Positions 28,937-38,018 of a stretch of 64,000 bases of DNA are shown one piece after another. The notes beneath the pieces were generated by a model. The model was not told where the DNA came from. It did not search any database and worked only from the letters and a program-made list of their open reading frames with translations. Source of the DNA: Eubacteriales bacterium (GTDB lineage: Bacteria > Bacillota > Clostridia > Oscillospirales > QAKW01). Within the stretch, counting starts at the first letter, position 1. Each line of letters begins with the position of its first letter. The translations under genes were made by a program, and so were the position numbers. Where the stretch lies: contig JAZQJH010000011.1 of NCBI GenBank assembly GCA_045541555.1, positions 4,243 to 68,242 on the forward strand, given 5' to 3'.

Positions 28937-29003
28937 TTCGGTTCTCCTTTTTTGTTTTTAAATAGAATAACACAAAAGGAAGAAAAAGGCAAGGAGGTAC
29001 ATC

Positions 29004-29156
29004 ATGCGGGGAGTAAAACCTACAAGAAGACAAAAGATGCTGATCAAGGAATGGCGGTTGAATCCTGCCAACTGGCTGGTGGTACGAGAGACGGCGGAGG
29101 AGCTGGTGATCGTCCATCGGTTGAGCGAGCAGCAGAAAAGGATCCCGAAGGATTAA
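29004..29156 (+). CDS. DUF6906-like small phage protein, 50 aa
   Basis: Not in the ORF track; RBS AAGGAGGT; MRGVKPTRRQKMLIKEWRLNPANWLVVRE. Confidence 0.7.
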   Translation: MRGVKPTRRQKMLIKEWRLNPANWLVVRETAEELVIVHRLSEQQKRIPKD

Positions 29157-29169
29157 GGGGGTCAAGGGC

Positions 29170-29394
29170 ATGAAAAAAGAAAAAGTAATCATTACCTATG
29201 GGATGATCAAGCGAACCGGGAAAGAGGATCGAGGGCAGATCGCTCTGGTACTTCCGGATCGGTCGGTCTATCGGATCGTGAAGCAGGAGACCACCAAGGA
29301 GGAGCTTTGGCTCTATTGCCTGGTGGACATCCTGGCGAAGCTGCAGGGGTATGAAAAGGGCAAATACATAACTTTGGAGGTGGACAGTTCATGA
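29170..29394 (+). CDS. Phage hypothetical protein
   Basis: Co-oriented ORF in the early operon. Confidence 0.55.
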   Translation: MKKEKVIITYGMIKRTGKEDRGQIALVLPDRSVYRIVKQETTKEELWLYCLVDILAKLQGYEKGKYITLEVDSS

Positions 29395-29603
29395 GGGGCA
29401 GAAATTTAGGGACGTTATGGGATCTCTTTGGTGGGAAGTATTTAACGACCCGTCGGGCGATCAGTGATATTTTAGGACTTGGGCGCGAACACGTGTCGGC
29501 ATTGGTCGCCGGGATTGAGGTTTTCTCTCTGGGTGAGCGGGAATACTATCGAACAATGGACGTCATCGACGTCGTTGAAAATAATTTTGTAAAAGGAGCA
29601 TGA
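29391..29603 (+). CDS. Small DNA-binding (excisionase-like) phage protein
   Basis: YLTTRRAISDILGLGREHV...EREYYRTMDV resembles the MerR/Xis-type wHTH pattern. Confidence 0.45.
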   Translation: MRGRNLGTLWDLFGGKYLTTRRAISDILGLGREHVSALVAGIEVFSLGEREYYRTMDVIDVVENNFVKGA

Positions 29604-29607
29604 AAAA

Positions 29608-30009
29608 ATGGACATGAATGCAAAGCACTTGATGGCACGCGGCAAAGCCGCCCACGGATGGGTGGAGGGATATTTCCTTCCGCAGCATCCGCTGATCGAC
29701 AGCGAGGGACCGATGATCTACACCTTCCCGGAGGGACAGCCGGGGGCGGTGAGCTATGTGGTGGATCCCGAAACGGTCTGCGCCTGCAGCGGCTTGACGG
29801 ATATGACGGGGCGGCTCATTTATGAGCAGGATATTCTTTTGGATCCGGAGCGCAAGGTCGGCGGAATCGTAGAGTACTCTGAGGAGGACGGAATGTTCGC
29901 TCTCCTCATGAGGGACGGTACTCTCAAAAACTTCGGCGATACCTTGGCGGAAAACTATGAGATCGAGGGGAACGGGATCGACAACCCGGACTATCTCAAT
30001 TTTATTTGA
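29608..30009 (+). CDS. YopX family phage protein
   Basis: RGK...WVEG, VDPETV...GLTD..G..IYEQDI and EIEGN..DNP motifs. Confidence 0.85.
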   Translation: MDMNAKHLMARGKAAHGWVEGYFLPQHPLIDSEGPMIYTFPEGQPGAVSYVVDPETVCACSGLTDMTGRLIYEQDILLDPERKVGGIVEYSEEDGMFALLMRDGTLKNFGDTLAENYEIEGNGIDNPDYLNFI

Positions 30010-30340
30010 GCGTCGGCAGGGTACGCCGGACGTGCACCGTCAGAATGTCGATAAACTCCGTGACGGTGGGCGGCGCTTGAAGAGGATAGCCGGCTATTTC
30101 AATAAGGCGCTTGGGGCACATATGCCAGGTGCGATAGATCAGCGTGCGGATATTGCGCTCGATCGTATCGATTCTGCACCCGTGGAGCCGGGCGACGGGG
30201 TTGTAAATCTCCTTCGTCACGTTGAGCAGCCGGCTTTCGTCCTCTAAGGCAAGGGCGATGGCGTCGGTCAGAAGAAAGTAGCCGACGTAGTTGGCGGAAA
30301 TGCCAAGGCGGTGAAGCTGTTCTTGAATAATTGGTTTCAT
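30002..30340 (-). CDS. Stand-alone Spo0A C-terminal (DNA-binding) domain protein, copy 1
   Basis: LHRLGISANYVGY..L..AI, VTKEIYNPVA, IERNIRT and PTVTEFI; no receiver domain. Confidence 0.88.
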   Translation of the reverse strand: MKPIIQEQLHRLGISANYVGYFLLTDAIALALEDESRLLNVTKEIYNPVARLHGCRIDTIERNIRTLIYRTWHMCPKRLIEIAGYPLQAPPTVTEFIDILTVHVRRTLPTLK

Positions 30341-30465
30341 AAACATTCCTCCTTTTTTGAGTTCAGTATATGGCGAAAAATGGCGGAATTTGAAAAAACG
30401 ACGCGATGGAGCGTCAAACGACGGAGAAAGTAATGAAGCGGCTAAAAAAGAAAGGGGCAATTAAA

Positions 30466-30741
30466 ATGACGAATGTCTATATTCTGAAAAAAGAAACTGA
30501 AAGGCGCATGGAGTTGCGCAAGGGACTGCGGACGGTAGTACATATCGGCTTTCGGATCGGGATCGTCGTGGCGGCGGTGTTGCTGCTGGGCGTATGGGCC
30601 GGCATGGAGTTCGGTCCGATCATGCTGGGGCGGCGGTTGCTGATGAGCGCCATGCTGATCGTGATGCTCTGCGCATCAGCGCTGGGAGCGGAGCTGACCT
30701 ACGTGGCGTTGCCTTGGGATGGAGGTGAAGAGGATGAGTAA
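30466..30741 (+). CDS. Two-TM phage protein
   Basis: Two hydrophobic helices. Confidence 0.55.
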   Translation: MTNVYILKKETERRMELRKGLRTVVHIGFRIGIVVAAVLLLGVWAGMEFGPIMLGRRLLMSAMLIVMLCASALGAELTYVALPWDGGEEDE

Positions 30742-31075
30742 TCTGGACATCGTTCTCGCCGAGATCGAAAAGCAACAGCAGGGCAAGGAGAATACCGCGC
30801 CTTGGATGGTAGGTGAGCAGCTGAAGGAGATTGCGCGCCGGGAGCCGGTCAGCGCCGAGCTGCTGGCAAAGGATCTGGCGGTCTCCGGCATGGGGATCGC
30901 GGATGCGGAGAAGAAGATCAAGGCGTACGCAGACAAGCATAAGAAGGGATCCTGCGCCGTGGTACCGCCCAACGTGGCGGAGGATATTCTCCGGGAATTT
31001 TACGGGCTGCCGAAGGGCGGCGCGCCGGCGGAGGAAGCAAAGCCCGGCGTGCTGGATCTGGCGGATTTCTTATAA
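30734..31075 (+). CDS. PcfK-like partner of the PcfJ-domain protein
   Basis: ILREFYGL...LDLADFL C-terminus; directly upstream of the PcfJ-like gene. Confidence 0.55.
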   Translation: MSNLDIVLAEIEKQQQGKENTAPWMVGEQLKEIARREPVSAELLAKDLAVSGMGIADAEKKIKAYADKHKKGSCAVVPPNVAEDILREFYGLPKGGAPAEEAKPGVLDLADFL

Positions 31076-31082
31076 GGGGTGA

Positions 31083-32756
31083 GTGGGCATGGAAAATGGG
31101 ACAGTCAATTGGGCAGAAAAATTGCCTATAGAACCGCCGGAGTCGCTTTGGGAGTATGAACCCTTAAAAAAGGCTCTTTCAAAGGACGCTATCGTATTTA
31201 AGAGCGCTTGGGTATATGAGCCTTTAACTGAACGAAAGGTGCAAATGGCAGAGTGTCATTGTACTGCCTGCGGAGAGACTTACTATCTTGATTATATCAG
31301 AGGGGCAACCTGCTCCGGGATGGATAAGAGAGGGATTCGATTGCCGGAGGGTGAGGTTTTTTATTCCTGTAATTCTTGTAAATGTCCAGAGTGCGGAGCG
31401 TCTGTGCAGGTGCTGCACACATCCAAGTTCGGCTCATCGGCGACGCATTGCTTGGCACATATTCATTCATTAACCTATCATCAGGTGGAAGGCCATTTTG
31501 CAATCTGTACGTGGTATATCACGCGTTGGACCGATAAATACGGAAACACCTTTGTGAAAGCGCTTCCTTATGAAGCATATCTCGTCGTCGGTCGGAAGAT
31601 GATCAAGGCGGCAGGGTATAAAAAGAACTATTTTTCCACTACGCAGCTGCATCACTGGGAGCAACGTGCAAGATGCGAGGATAAGTGGAGAGCAAACGAG
31701 AGGCTGCCGATTCCACCTTTTAGCAAAAAGCTTCTCTTGGGTACTGAGGTAGAAAATTCCAAACTGGATCTATATCTAAAAAAGCACCCAGGAGGATACC
31801 CTGTCAGTTATTTGCAGGTGTACCTAAAACATCGGAACGTTGAGAACCTGATGACCAGAGGACTGGATAAGCTGGTGAATGAGCTCATCCAAGACTGCGC
31901 AGGGCACGGAAGTTATTATAACACTCGGGGTGTCAATAAGGATCTTAAGGACATCGATTGGAAGAAGGCTCGTCCTGCGGAGATGCTCCATATGACGGGG
32001 CAGGAATTGCAAACGTTCATCGAAATGGGGCAAAAAGCGGAGGATCTCGGTAAGTGGATCTGTTGCAAGGCGAAGGGAGTCTCCATTCATATTAAGGAAC
32101 TTGAAAGTATACGTCGCTTCAGTCTGTGGGATTTGGATTGTATTTTTGAATATAGTACGGACCTTATGAAGGTGGTGCGGTATTTGGAGCGACAAAGGCG
32201 AAAATATCCGAAGGATCACGTCGGAGCCGTGGCGTGGAGGGATTATATTCAAACGTCGAAGCGCCTTGGAGAAGAGTGTGACTATTTTCCGCAACGGCTG
32301 CAGACCGCTCACGATCAAGCGGCTAAGACATTCGAATTGCAGAAATCGGCTATAAAGAAAAAGAAGATGAAAGAGCGCTTCGGCGTGTTGATGGCTTATG
32401 CCTATGAGTCGGATGGACTTTTGATCCGGCCTGCCAAGACTGTGACAGAGTTTCGGACGGAAGGGGCAAAGCTGGAGCACTGCGTGGCCGGTTACAGTGA
32501 ACGCCACGCATATGGCGGGACTGCTATCTTCTTTATTCGAAAAGCGGAAGCGCCGGAGGTTCCATTTTATACGTTGGAGCTGGATGAGAAGAATCTGACC
32601 GTCCGGCAAAACCGGGGGTTGCGAAATTGCGACCGTACCCCGGAGGTGAAAAGGTTTGAAGAAAAATGGTTGAACCATCTTAAAGAATTGAAAAAGAAGG
32701 AGAAAAAAGGGCATGGAAAATCAAAACAGCATGGAGCTGCGGCAGGAGCCGCGTGA
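31083..32756 (+). CDS. PcfJ domain-containing protein
   Basis: N-terminal CxxC pairs; WRDY, FP..L..AHD, EG..LEHCVAGY, IFFIRK, PFYTLE and QNRG.RN motifs. Confidence 0.85.
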   Translation: MGMENGTVNWAEKLPIEPPESLWEYEPLKKALSKDAIVFKSAWVYEPLTERKVQMAECHCTACGETYYLDYIRGATCSGMDKRGIRLPEGEVFYSCNSCKCPECGASVQVLHTSKFGSSATHCLAHIHSLTYHQVEGHFAICTWYITRWTDKYGNTFVKALPYEAYLVVGRKMIKAAGYKKNYFSTTQLHHWEQRARCEDKWRANERLPIPPFSKKLLLGTEVENSKLDLYLKKHPGGYPVSYLQVYLKHRNVENLMTRGLDKLVNELIQDCAGHGSYYNTRGVNKDLKDIDWKKARPAEMLHMTGQELQTFIEMGQKAEDLGKWICCKAKGVSIHIKELESIRRFSLWDLDCIFEYSTDLMKVVRYLERQRRKYPKDHVGAVAWRDYIQTSKRLGEECDYFPQRLQTAHDQAAKTFELQKSAIKKKKMKERFGVLMAYAYESDGLLIRPAKTVTEFRTEGAKLEHCVAGYSERHAYGGTAIFFIRKAEAPEVPFYTLELDEKNLTVRQNRGLRNCDRTPEVKRFEEKWLNHLKELKKKEKKGHGKSKQHGAAAGAA

Positions 32757-33705
32757 TATTGAGACGGTGACCGGGGAGATCCGGACGCTGGTACATCAGG
32801 CGCAGACGATGGCGTTGGTTTATGCCATCGAGATCGGGCGCCGGCTTTACGAGGCAAAGAGTCTTTTAAAGCACGGCGAGTGGGGAACCTGGCTTTCGGA
32901 AAAGGTGGAGTTTTCCCAGAGTACCGCCAACAATATGATGAAGATCTTCGACGAGTACGGCAGTCAGCAGATCACCCTTTTCGGGGCGGTGGCAAATTCC
33001 CAAACGCTTGGGAATTTGCCGTACACCAAGGCTTTGAAGCTCCTTGCTTTGCCGGCTGATGAGCGGGAGGAGTTCGTGGAAAACCACGACATCGAGGGGA
33101 TGTCTACCCGTGAGATGGACAAGCTTATCAAGGCGAAGAAGGACGCCGAGGAACGGGCTGAAAAGGCGGTAATGCAATCCGAGGAGATCAAGCGCGAGTT
33201 AGAGGAGCTCCGGGCGGCGATGGATGCCAAGCAGGCGGCGGTCGATGAGGCTGCCGATCGGGAGCAGGCGCTCCGGGATCAGCTTGCAGATGCGAAAAAG
33301 GAACAGGCTGCCGCCGAGGAGGCTTTGGCGCAGACCAAGGAAAATACCGAGGTCCCGGAGTCAGTGATGAAAAAGGTCAAAGCGGAGGCTAAAAAAGAGG
33401 CGGCAGAGGCTCAAAAGAAAGCCGCCGAGAAGTTGGCCGCCGAGACTGAAAAGAAGCTTTCTGCTGCGGAATCGCAGCGTAAGGCTGCGGAAGCAGAGGC
33501 GGCAGAGGCACGTGCACGTGTGGATCGCCTGGAAAAGGAATTGAAAACGGCATCTCCGGAGGTCGCCACCTTTAAGGTTTATTTTGAGGAGGTGCAGGAC
33601 GTCCTTCGCAAGTGTGAGCTTGCCATCGATAAGGTGCAGGATGAAGAGCTGCGAAAGAAGTTTAAGGAAGCGATGAAAGCGGCTTGTAAGCGGTTTGTGG
33701 GGTGA
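32713..33705 (+). CDS. DUF3102 domain coiled-coil protein
   Basis: IEIGRRLYEAK...HGEWGTWL...FSQSTANNMMKI. Confidence 0.85.
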   Translation: MENQNSMELRQEPRDIETVTGEIRTLVHQAQTMALVYAIEIGRRLYEAKSLLKHGEWGTWLSEKVEFSQSTANNMMKIFDEYGSQQITLFGAVANSQTLGNLPYTKALKLLALPADEREEFVENHDIEGMSTREMDKLIKAKKDAEERAEKAVMQSEEIKRELEELRAAMDAKQAAVDEAADREQALRDQLADAKKEQAAAEEALAQTKENTEVPESVMKKVKAEAKKEAAEAQKKAAEKLAAETEKKLSAAESQRKAAEAEAAEARARVDRLEKELKTASPEVATFKVYFEEVQDVLRKCELAIDKVQDEELRKKFKEAMKAACKRFVG

Positions 33706-33709
33706 CGGT

Positions 33710-34021
33710 ATGGGAGATAAGGTGTTTTTACAACGGAGCCATGATGTTATCAAATTGGAAGAATTGGATCTATGGTATGCACTTAGAAAAAGTGCTGCAT
33801 CTTATAACGGGATGCTTGCGGTCGAGATGCTCAATATAGCGATGATTCATTTTTCGTATGGTGCGATAGAGTGGGCGGTTGTCCACTTGATTTTTGCGAC
33901 TATCATTGCCGTAAGTTGTATTCGCTGTGTGATATGGGCGAAGCGCGCAAAGAGATTGGTTAAGCACGTGGAAGAGGGATTGAAAAAGAAGGAGGATCAG
34001 AACAATGCCGAGGATACATGA
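33710..34021 (+). CDS. Membrane phage protein
   Basis: Two hydrophobic segments. Confidence 0.5.
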   Translation: MGDKVFLQRSHDVIKLEELDLWYALRKSAASYNGMLAVEMLNIAMIHFSYGAIEWAVVHLIFATIIAVSCIRCVIWAKRAKRLVKHVEEGLKKKEDQNNAEDT

Positions 34022-34328
34022 AATTAAATGCTTGCCGAAATATTTTGAAGAAACTGCGAAGGGTACGAAGGGATTCGAGATCAGAAAGAATGACCGGGAC
34101 TATCAGGTGGGAGATCTTCTTGCCATGAATGAGTATGACGGTCAAAAATATACCGGCCGGGCGATGTTTTTGAGGGTTGATTTTATGATGAATCCAAACG
34201 ATGTTATGACCTGTGGTTCGGGATACGTTGTGATGGGGGTACATCCGGTACCGGTTCTTAATATGGAAAAGACTATTCCATCGGACTGGATCTTGGGGAA
34301 CGATGTGGAGAATGACTATGTTTCTTAA
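34005..34328 (+). CDS. ASCH/DUF3850 family protein
   Basis: HEIKCLPKYF....GTKGFEIRKNDRDYQVGD. Confidence 0.85.
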   Translation: MPRIHEIKCLPKYFEETAKGTKGFEIRKNDRDYQVGDLLAMNEYDGQKYTGRAMFLRVDFMMNPNDVMTCGSGYVVMGVHPVPVLNMEKTIPSDWILGNDVENDYVS

Positions 34329-34449
34329 AATCATTGGTTGGATCATGCTCTTCGTGGCGGCGGTGGTTGTGGTGGTCTGTATCATTGGATTTTTGATCGG
34401 GCTTGCGGAGGTGATCCGCTATGAAGCGCGGCATGGAAGGAGAAGGTAA
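34312..34449 (+). CDS. Small single-TM phage protein, 45 aa
   Basis: Not in the ORF track; MTMFLKIIGWIMLFVAAVVVVVCIIGFLIGLAEVIRYEARHGRRR; TAATG coupling to the next gene. Confidence 0.5.
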   Translation: MTMFLKIIGWIMLFVAAVVVVVCIIGFLIGLAEVIRYEARHGRRR

Positions 34450-34688
34450 TGGACTTTTTTGAATTGAAGGCGGCGATGGTCGCAAAGGAGCCGGTGATGG
34501 TGCGGATCCCACAGCCGACTTATACGCGCGTGTTAGTGGGGCGCGTAGTTGGAGTGAGGCACGCGCTGGATCAAGATGACCGAGAGATCATGCAGGCGGA
34601 GATCATGCCGCGCGGAACCAATAGTGTGGAAATCGTGGCGGCCGCCAAGGTGGAGCGCGTATGGGAGGGGGCGCCGGTCGGTGGATGA
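34449..34688 (+). CDS. Phage hypothetical protein
   Basis: Translationally coupled ORF in the early operon. Confidence 0.55.
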   Translation: MDFFELKAAMVAKEPVMVRIPQPTYTRVLVGRVVGVRHALDQDDREIMQAEIMPRGTNSVEIVAAAKVERVWEGAPVGG

Positions 34689-35106
34689 GCTTCGGGAATA
34701 CGTGGTGTCCCTTTTTTGGGGCTGTAAAAATCCGGTGAAGCAGGTTGATCTGATCTGCGAGCTGACGGGCCGGCGGAAGAAAATCGTGCTTGAGATCCTG
34801 CGCGAAGCCGGACGGGTACCGCCGGATTGCAACGAGAAGAATTATAAAAAGGTGCTCCGCCGGAAGAAAGAGACTGTGATCAGCGATGAGCTGCGGCATT
34901 ATATCATTGGGAGTTCAACGTGGGCGAAGGAGATTGCGCGGCGATATGAAATTCCGCTTGAGACGGTGCTGAAAATTCGCGCTGAGGCGTATGAGAAAGT
35001 AGGTGGAAAATATCGTTATGGGGGCAGAACGATTGAAGAGTATCAAGAGGGGTGTGCTTGCCATGAAAAGGATGCTCCGGGAGATCGAGACCGAGCTGGA
35101 GCGTGA
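34681..35106 (+). CDS. Phage hypothetical protein with HTH-like segments
   Basis: GTG start; QVDLICEL....K..V.EIL and AKEIARRYEIPLETVLKIR. Confidence 0.5.
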   Translation: MDELREYVVSLFWGCKNPVKQVDLICELTGRRKKIVLEILREAGRVPPDCNEKNYKKVLRRKKETVISDELRHYIIGSSTWAKEIARRYEIPLETVLKIRAEAYEKVGGKYRYGGRTIEEYQEGCACHEKDAPGDRDRAGA

Positions 35107-35491
35107 GATCGCGGCGGCGTCCCGGGGAGAGTGTCGGGACGACCAGGCGGAGAAGATCCTGGAGATCAGCCGGGTGGTGATCGGACGGTTAAACGCTATG
35201 ACCGGAAAGAACTTCCGCCCGGAGACGGAGAGCACCCTCTATCTGATCCGTCAAAAGATCGAGGATGGCCATACCCAAGAAGAGCTCCTCTTTACGGTGG
35301 ATGAGATGTGTGCCCGTTGGCGCGGCGACAATGAACGTCAGCTGTGGCTCCGGCCGGAGACGCTTTTTGGGCAGCATTTTGAAAGTTATTTGGAAGAGAC
35401 ACTAAGTGTACTACGAGAAAATGAGACCTTGCGAAAGCTTCGCTATGGTAATAGTTTGAATGGAGGAATTTTGAATGATGAGTCCTTGTGA
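35063..35491 (+). CDS. Conserved phage C-terminal-domain protein (replisome-organiser C-terminal-like)
   Basis: LNAMTGKNFR...W...LRPETLFG.HFESYL. Confidence 0.7.
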   Translation: MKRMLREIETELEREIAAASRGECRDDQAEKILEISRVVIGRLNAMTGKNFRPETESTLYLIRQKIEDGHTQEELLFTVDEMCARWRGDNERQLWLRPETLFGQHFESYLEETLSVLRENETLRKLRYGNSLNGGILNDESL

Positions 35492-35825
35492 GTTTTGCGG
35501 TCAGGTTGTGGAGCATGATTCTGATCGGGAGCCGTGGGAAGTTTGTCAATGCCGTGAGGCTACCGAGCGGCGTAAGCAGGGCGAGGCTATTGAGCAGGCC
35601 TTTGACGGTGTGGAGCGGATCTTCGGAGAAGAGTGCACGGAGATCGGTTTTGTGCCGGTGGACGAGACCACCATGGCGGTGATCAAGCGACTGGTCGAGG
35701 ACGTGGGACGGGATCGGGTGCGCAGCATCTCGGTTCGGTTGATCAACGGCGAGTCGGTTAATATCAAGATGGACGGGACAGAGGTTCGGATCGTCCGAAA
35801 ACAGCAGAAAAAAGCAGAGGTTTAA
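35475..35825 (+). CDS. Phage protein with an N-terminal CxxC...CxC zinc ribbon
   Basis: CEFCGQ...CQC. Confidence 0.6.
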   Translation: MMSPCEFCGQVVEHDSDREPWEVCQCREATERRKQGEAIEQAFDGVERIFGEECTEIGFVPVDETTMAVIKRLVEDVGRDRVRSISVRLINGESVNIKMDGTEVRIVRKQQKKAEV

Positions 35826-35830
35826 AGTTA

Positions 35831-35864
35831 AAAATCCTCCCGGCGAGAGTGCCGGGAGGATTTT
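35831..35864. terminator. Intrinsic terminator-like hairpin
   Basis: AAAATCCTCCCGGC-GAGAGT-GCCGGGAGGATTTT. Confidence 0.75.
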
Positions 35865-36130
35865 AGGGCATTTTGGGGAACCGGAGAAAACGGAGGAAGC
35901 GTGATGCGTGATAATGAAAAAAACATTCACAAGATGGGTGCTATTTTGCAGGCTAAAAAGGCTCCGGAGGGAGAGGTGAAGGGCGCTTATGAAAATAGTG
36001 GATTTTCTTCTGGCCGGTGCGCTGCGGAAGTGACGAAGCGTGACGAAAAGAAGGGCTTAACTGAAAGTGACGTCCTCAGAGCCTTGTATCAAAAGAGGAA
36101 TCGGGATCCGGTAGTATTGGGAGGTAAAGG

Positions 36131-36880
36131 ATGCAGGTTAAGGTAAGAACGTTTTCGGGTGTTGTTTGCGAGCAGGAGGTTTTTACGATGAGCGGGCGTG
36201 GAGCTTCCGGTATCGTCAGGGAGCCGCGGATACGGTTTCAAAATGAAGAAGAGCGTGCGGCGCATCGGAATGAGATCTCTCGGCGGCGAAATGCCAGGAT
36301 GATCAATGAGAATTTTTGCGCCGGGGATCTATACTGCACCTTTACCTTCGATGATGATAACGAGGTCCATTATTGGTCTGATGCGCGCCGGATCCGGGAT
36401 AACTTTGTGCGGCGCCTTCAATATAAGTATCCAAATGCCGTGATTTATGTGGTAATGGGGCGCGGAAAGAATACATATCGGATTCACTTCCATGCCGTTA
36501 TCAAGGGAATCGATGAGGCGTACATCGTGAAGCAATGGTGGTACGGTTCGGTGAAGGAGATCAGACCGTTACGGGAGCACAATACATATAACGGCGTGGA
36601 TCACGGGCAGGACTTCACTGGTCTGGCTAATTACCTATTTAACCATTGGACTCCCGAGCAGGGAGGACACCGATGGAAGATGACCCGTAATGCCCGAAAA
36701 CCGGAGCGAGAGGCGCCGACGGAAGTCCGTCGAGCCTATTCAGAGGACAAGCCACCAAGGGCTCCAAAGGGATATAAACTGGTAGAAACGCAATCTACGA
36801 AGTATGGATACTTCTATTTTAAATATGTAAAAGAGCCGCCGAAACGGCAGCGAAAACGAGCTGACAGAGGTTCAGCTTGA
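36131..36880 (+). CDS. HUH rolling-circle replication initiator-like protein
   Basis: Motif I YCTFTF, motif II RIHFHAV (HUH), motif III LANYLF (catalytic Tyr). Confidence 0.75.
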   Translation: MQVKVRTFSGVVCEQEVFTMSGRGASGIVREPRIRFQNEEERAAHRNEISRRRNARMINENFCAGDLYCTFTFDDDNEVHYWSDARRIRDNFVRRLQYKYPNAVIYVVMGRGKNTYRIHFHAVIKGIDEAYIVKQWWYGSVKEIRPLREHNTYNGVDHGQDFTGLANYLFNHWTPEQGGHRWKMTRNARKPEREAPTEVRRAYSEDKPPRAPKGYKLVETQSTKYGYFYFKYVKEPPKRQRKRADRGSA

Positions 36881-37198
36881 AACGCCTTGTAAATGTGTAA
36901 CGTTTCAAGACGAAGTAACTTTAAAAAGAGAGAGGAGAGGTTACGGCTTGGCTGTTCCAAAAAACAAATCAAGTCCCGTCCGGTTGATATGCAAACGCCG
37001 TCAGGCGCCCGAGATGGATCTTGGTCATAGGAGATGGTTTGGGATGAGATGGATCTTCCGAACCAAAAGAGGCTCACCGAGGGTGAGCCTTGACGTGTTT
37101 TGTTTGGTTTTGTTAAGGTGCTTTGCGTAGGGGCGCAGGCGATATTTTATGCGCGTGGGCAGGAACATTAGACAGGGACGGAGAGGATGGATTAACAG

Positions 37199-37477
37199 AT
37201 GGAGCGGTTTCGGTATAAATACGGCTTAAAGGTGCCGTATCATCGGCAGGGGTACATCTATTTTGTGTCCCGGAGTTATAAGAACCTGCCGGGAGCAAAG
37301 CGCGCGCGGATCGAGGCGCATTGCAGAAGTGTGGGCGGCGCGTATTGGAAGGCGCTTTTTGATTTTGTGACGAAGGATCTGGGGAGTGTGGCGATCTGTA
37401 ATCGGCATTACATATCAAGTTCTACCCTGGAACGGATAGTCAAGAGATATTACGAGGAATTTCCCGGGGATATATGA
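37199..37477 (+). CDS. Probable late-gene transcriptional regulator (C-terminal HTH)
   Basis: AICNRHYISSSTLERIVKRYY; immediately upstream of the terminase operon. Confidence 0.55.
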   Translation: MERFRYKYGLKVPYHRQGYIYFVSRSYKNLPGAKRARIEAHCRSVGGAYWKALFDFVTKDLGSVAICNRHYISSSTLERIVKRYYEEFPGDI

Positions 37478-37589
37478 AAAGAGCATCGCGTGAAGCGGTG
37501 CCTTTTTTCTTTGTCAAGCGGTTTTTAAATGTTGACGGTTAGGAACGATTTTTTTCTGTTATCGTTGATAGAGAAAAGGAGGTGAGCGG

Positions 37590-38018
37590 ATGGATCAAGA
37601 GACGCTGAGCGCCCTTAGAAAGGCACTGAAAGGAAAAAGAGCGCGGTTTTGCGAGGAATACGTCATAGATGGGAACGGTACCGACGCGGTGATCCGTGCC
37701 GGCATTACCGAGAACCGGGCAAGCGCGGCGGCGCTGGCCAGCCGCTACCTTTTAGAACCTGCGGTTCGGGCATACCGGGATGGTTTGATCGAAGCGGCCG
37801 CCGAGGCGGTCAACGTCAATCGGGACAGCCTGATCGTCAAAAGCGAGCGGATCTATCAGAGGTGTATGGAAAAGGATGATGCAAAGGGTGCTGTCAAGGC
37901 GGCGGAGCTGCAGGCGAAGCTGACCGGGAACCTAACGGAGAAGCGAGAGGTCGATACCGGCAATGGATTTGAGATCATCGTTCAGCGAAAGGGTGAGCGG
38001 GATGCAGATCCATCTTGA
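37590..38018 (+). CDS. terS: Terminase small subunit
   Basis: RFCEEYVIDGNGTDAVIRAG...ASRYL..P.V. Confidence 0.88.
   Translation: MDQETLSALRKALKGKRARFCEEYVIDGNGTDAVIRAGITENRASAAALASRYLLEPAVRAYRDGLIEAAAEAVNVNRDSLIVKSERIYQRCMEKDDAKGAVKAAELQAKLTGNLTEKREVDTGNGFEIIVQRKGERDADPS

Noticed and set aside
30734-31075. Anti-CRISPR (AcrIIA9-like) call
   Set aside because: Resemblance is only positional (upstream of a PcfJ-like gene) plus a short C-terminal motif, which is insufficient without a search
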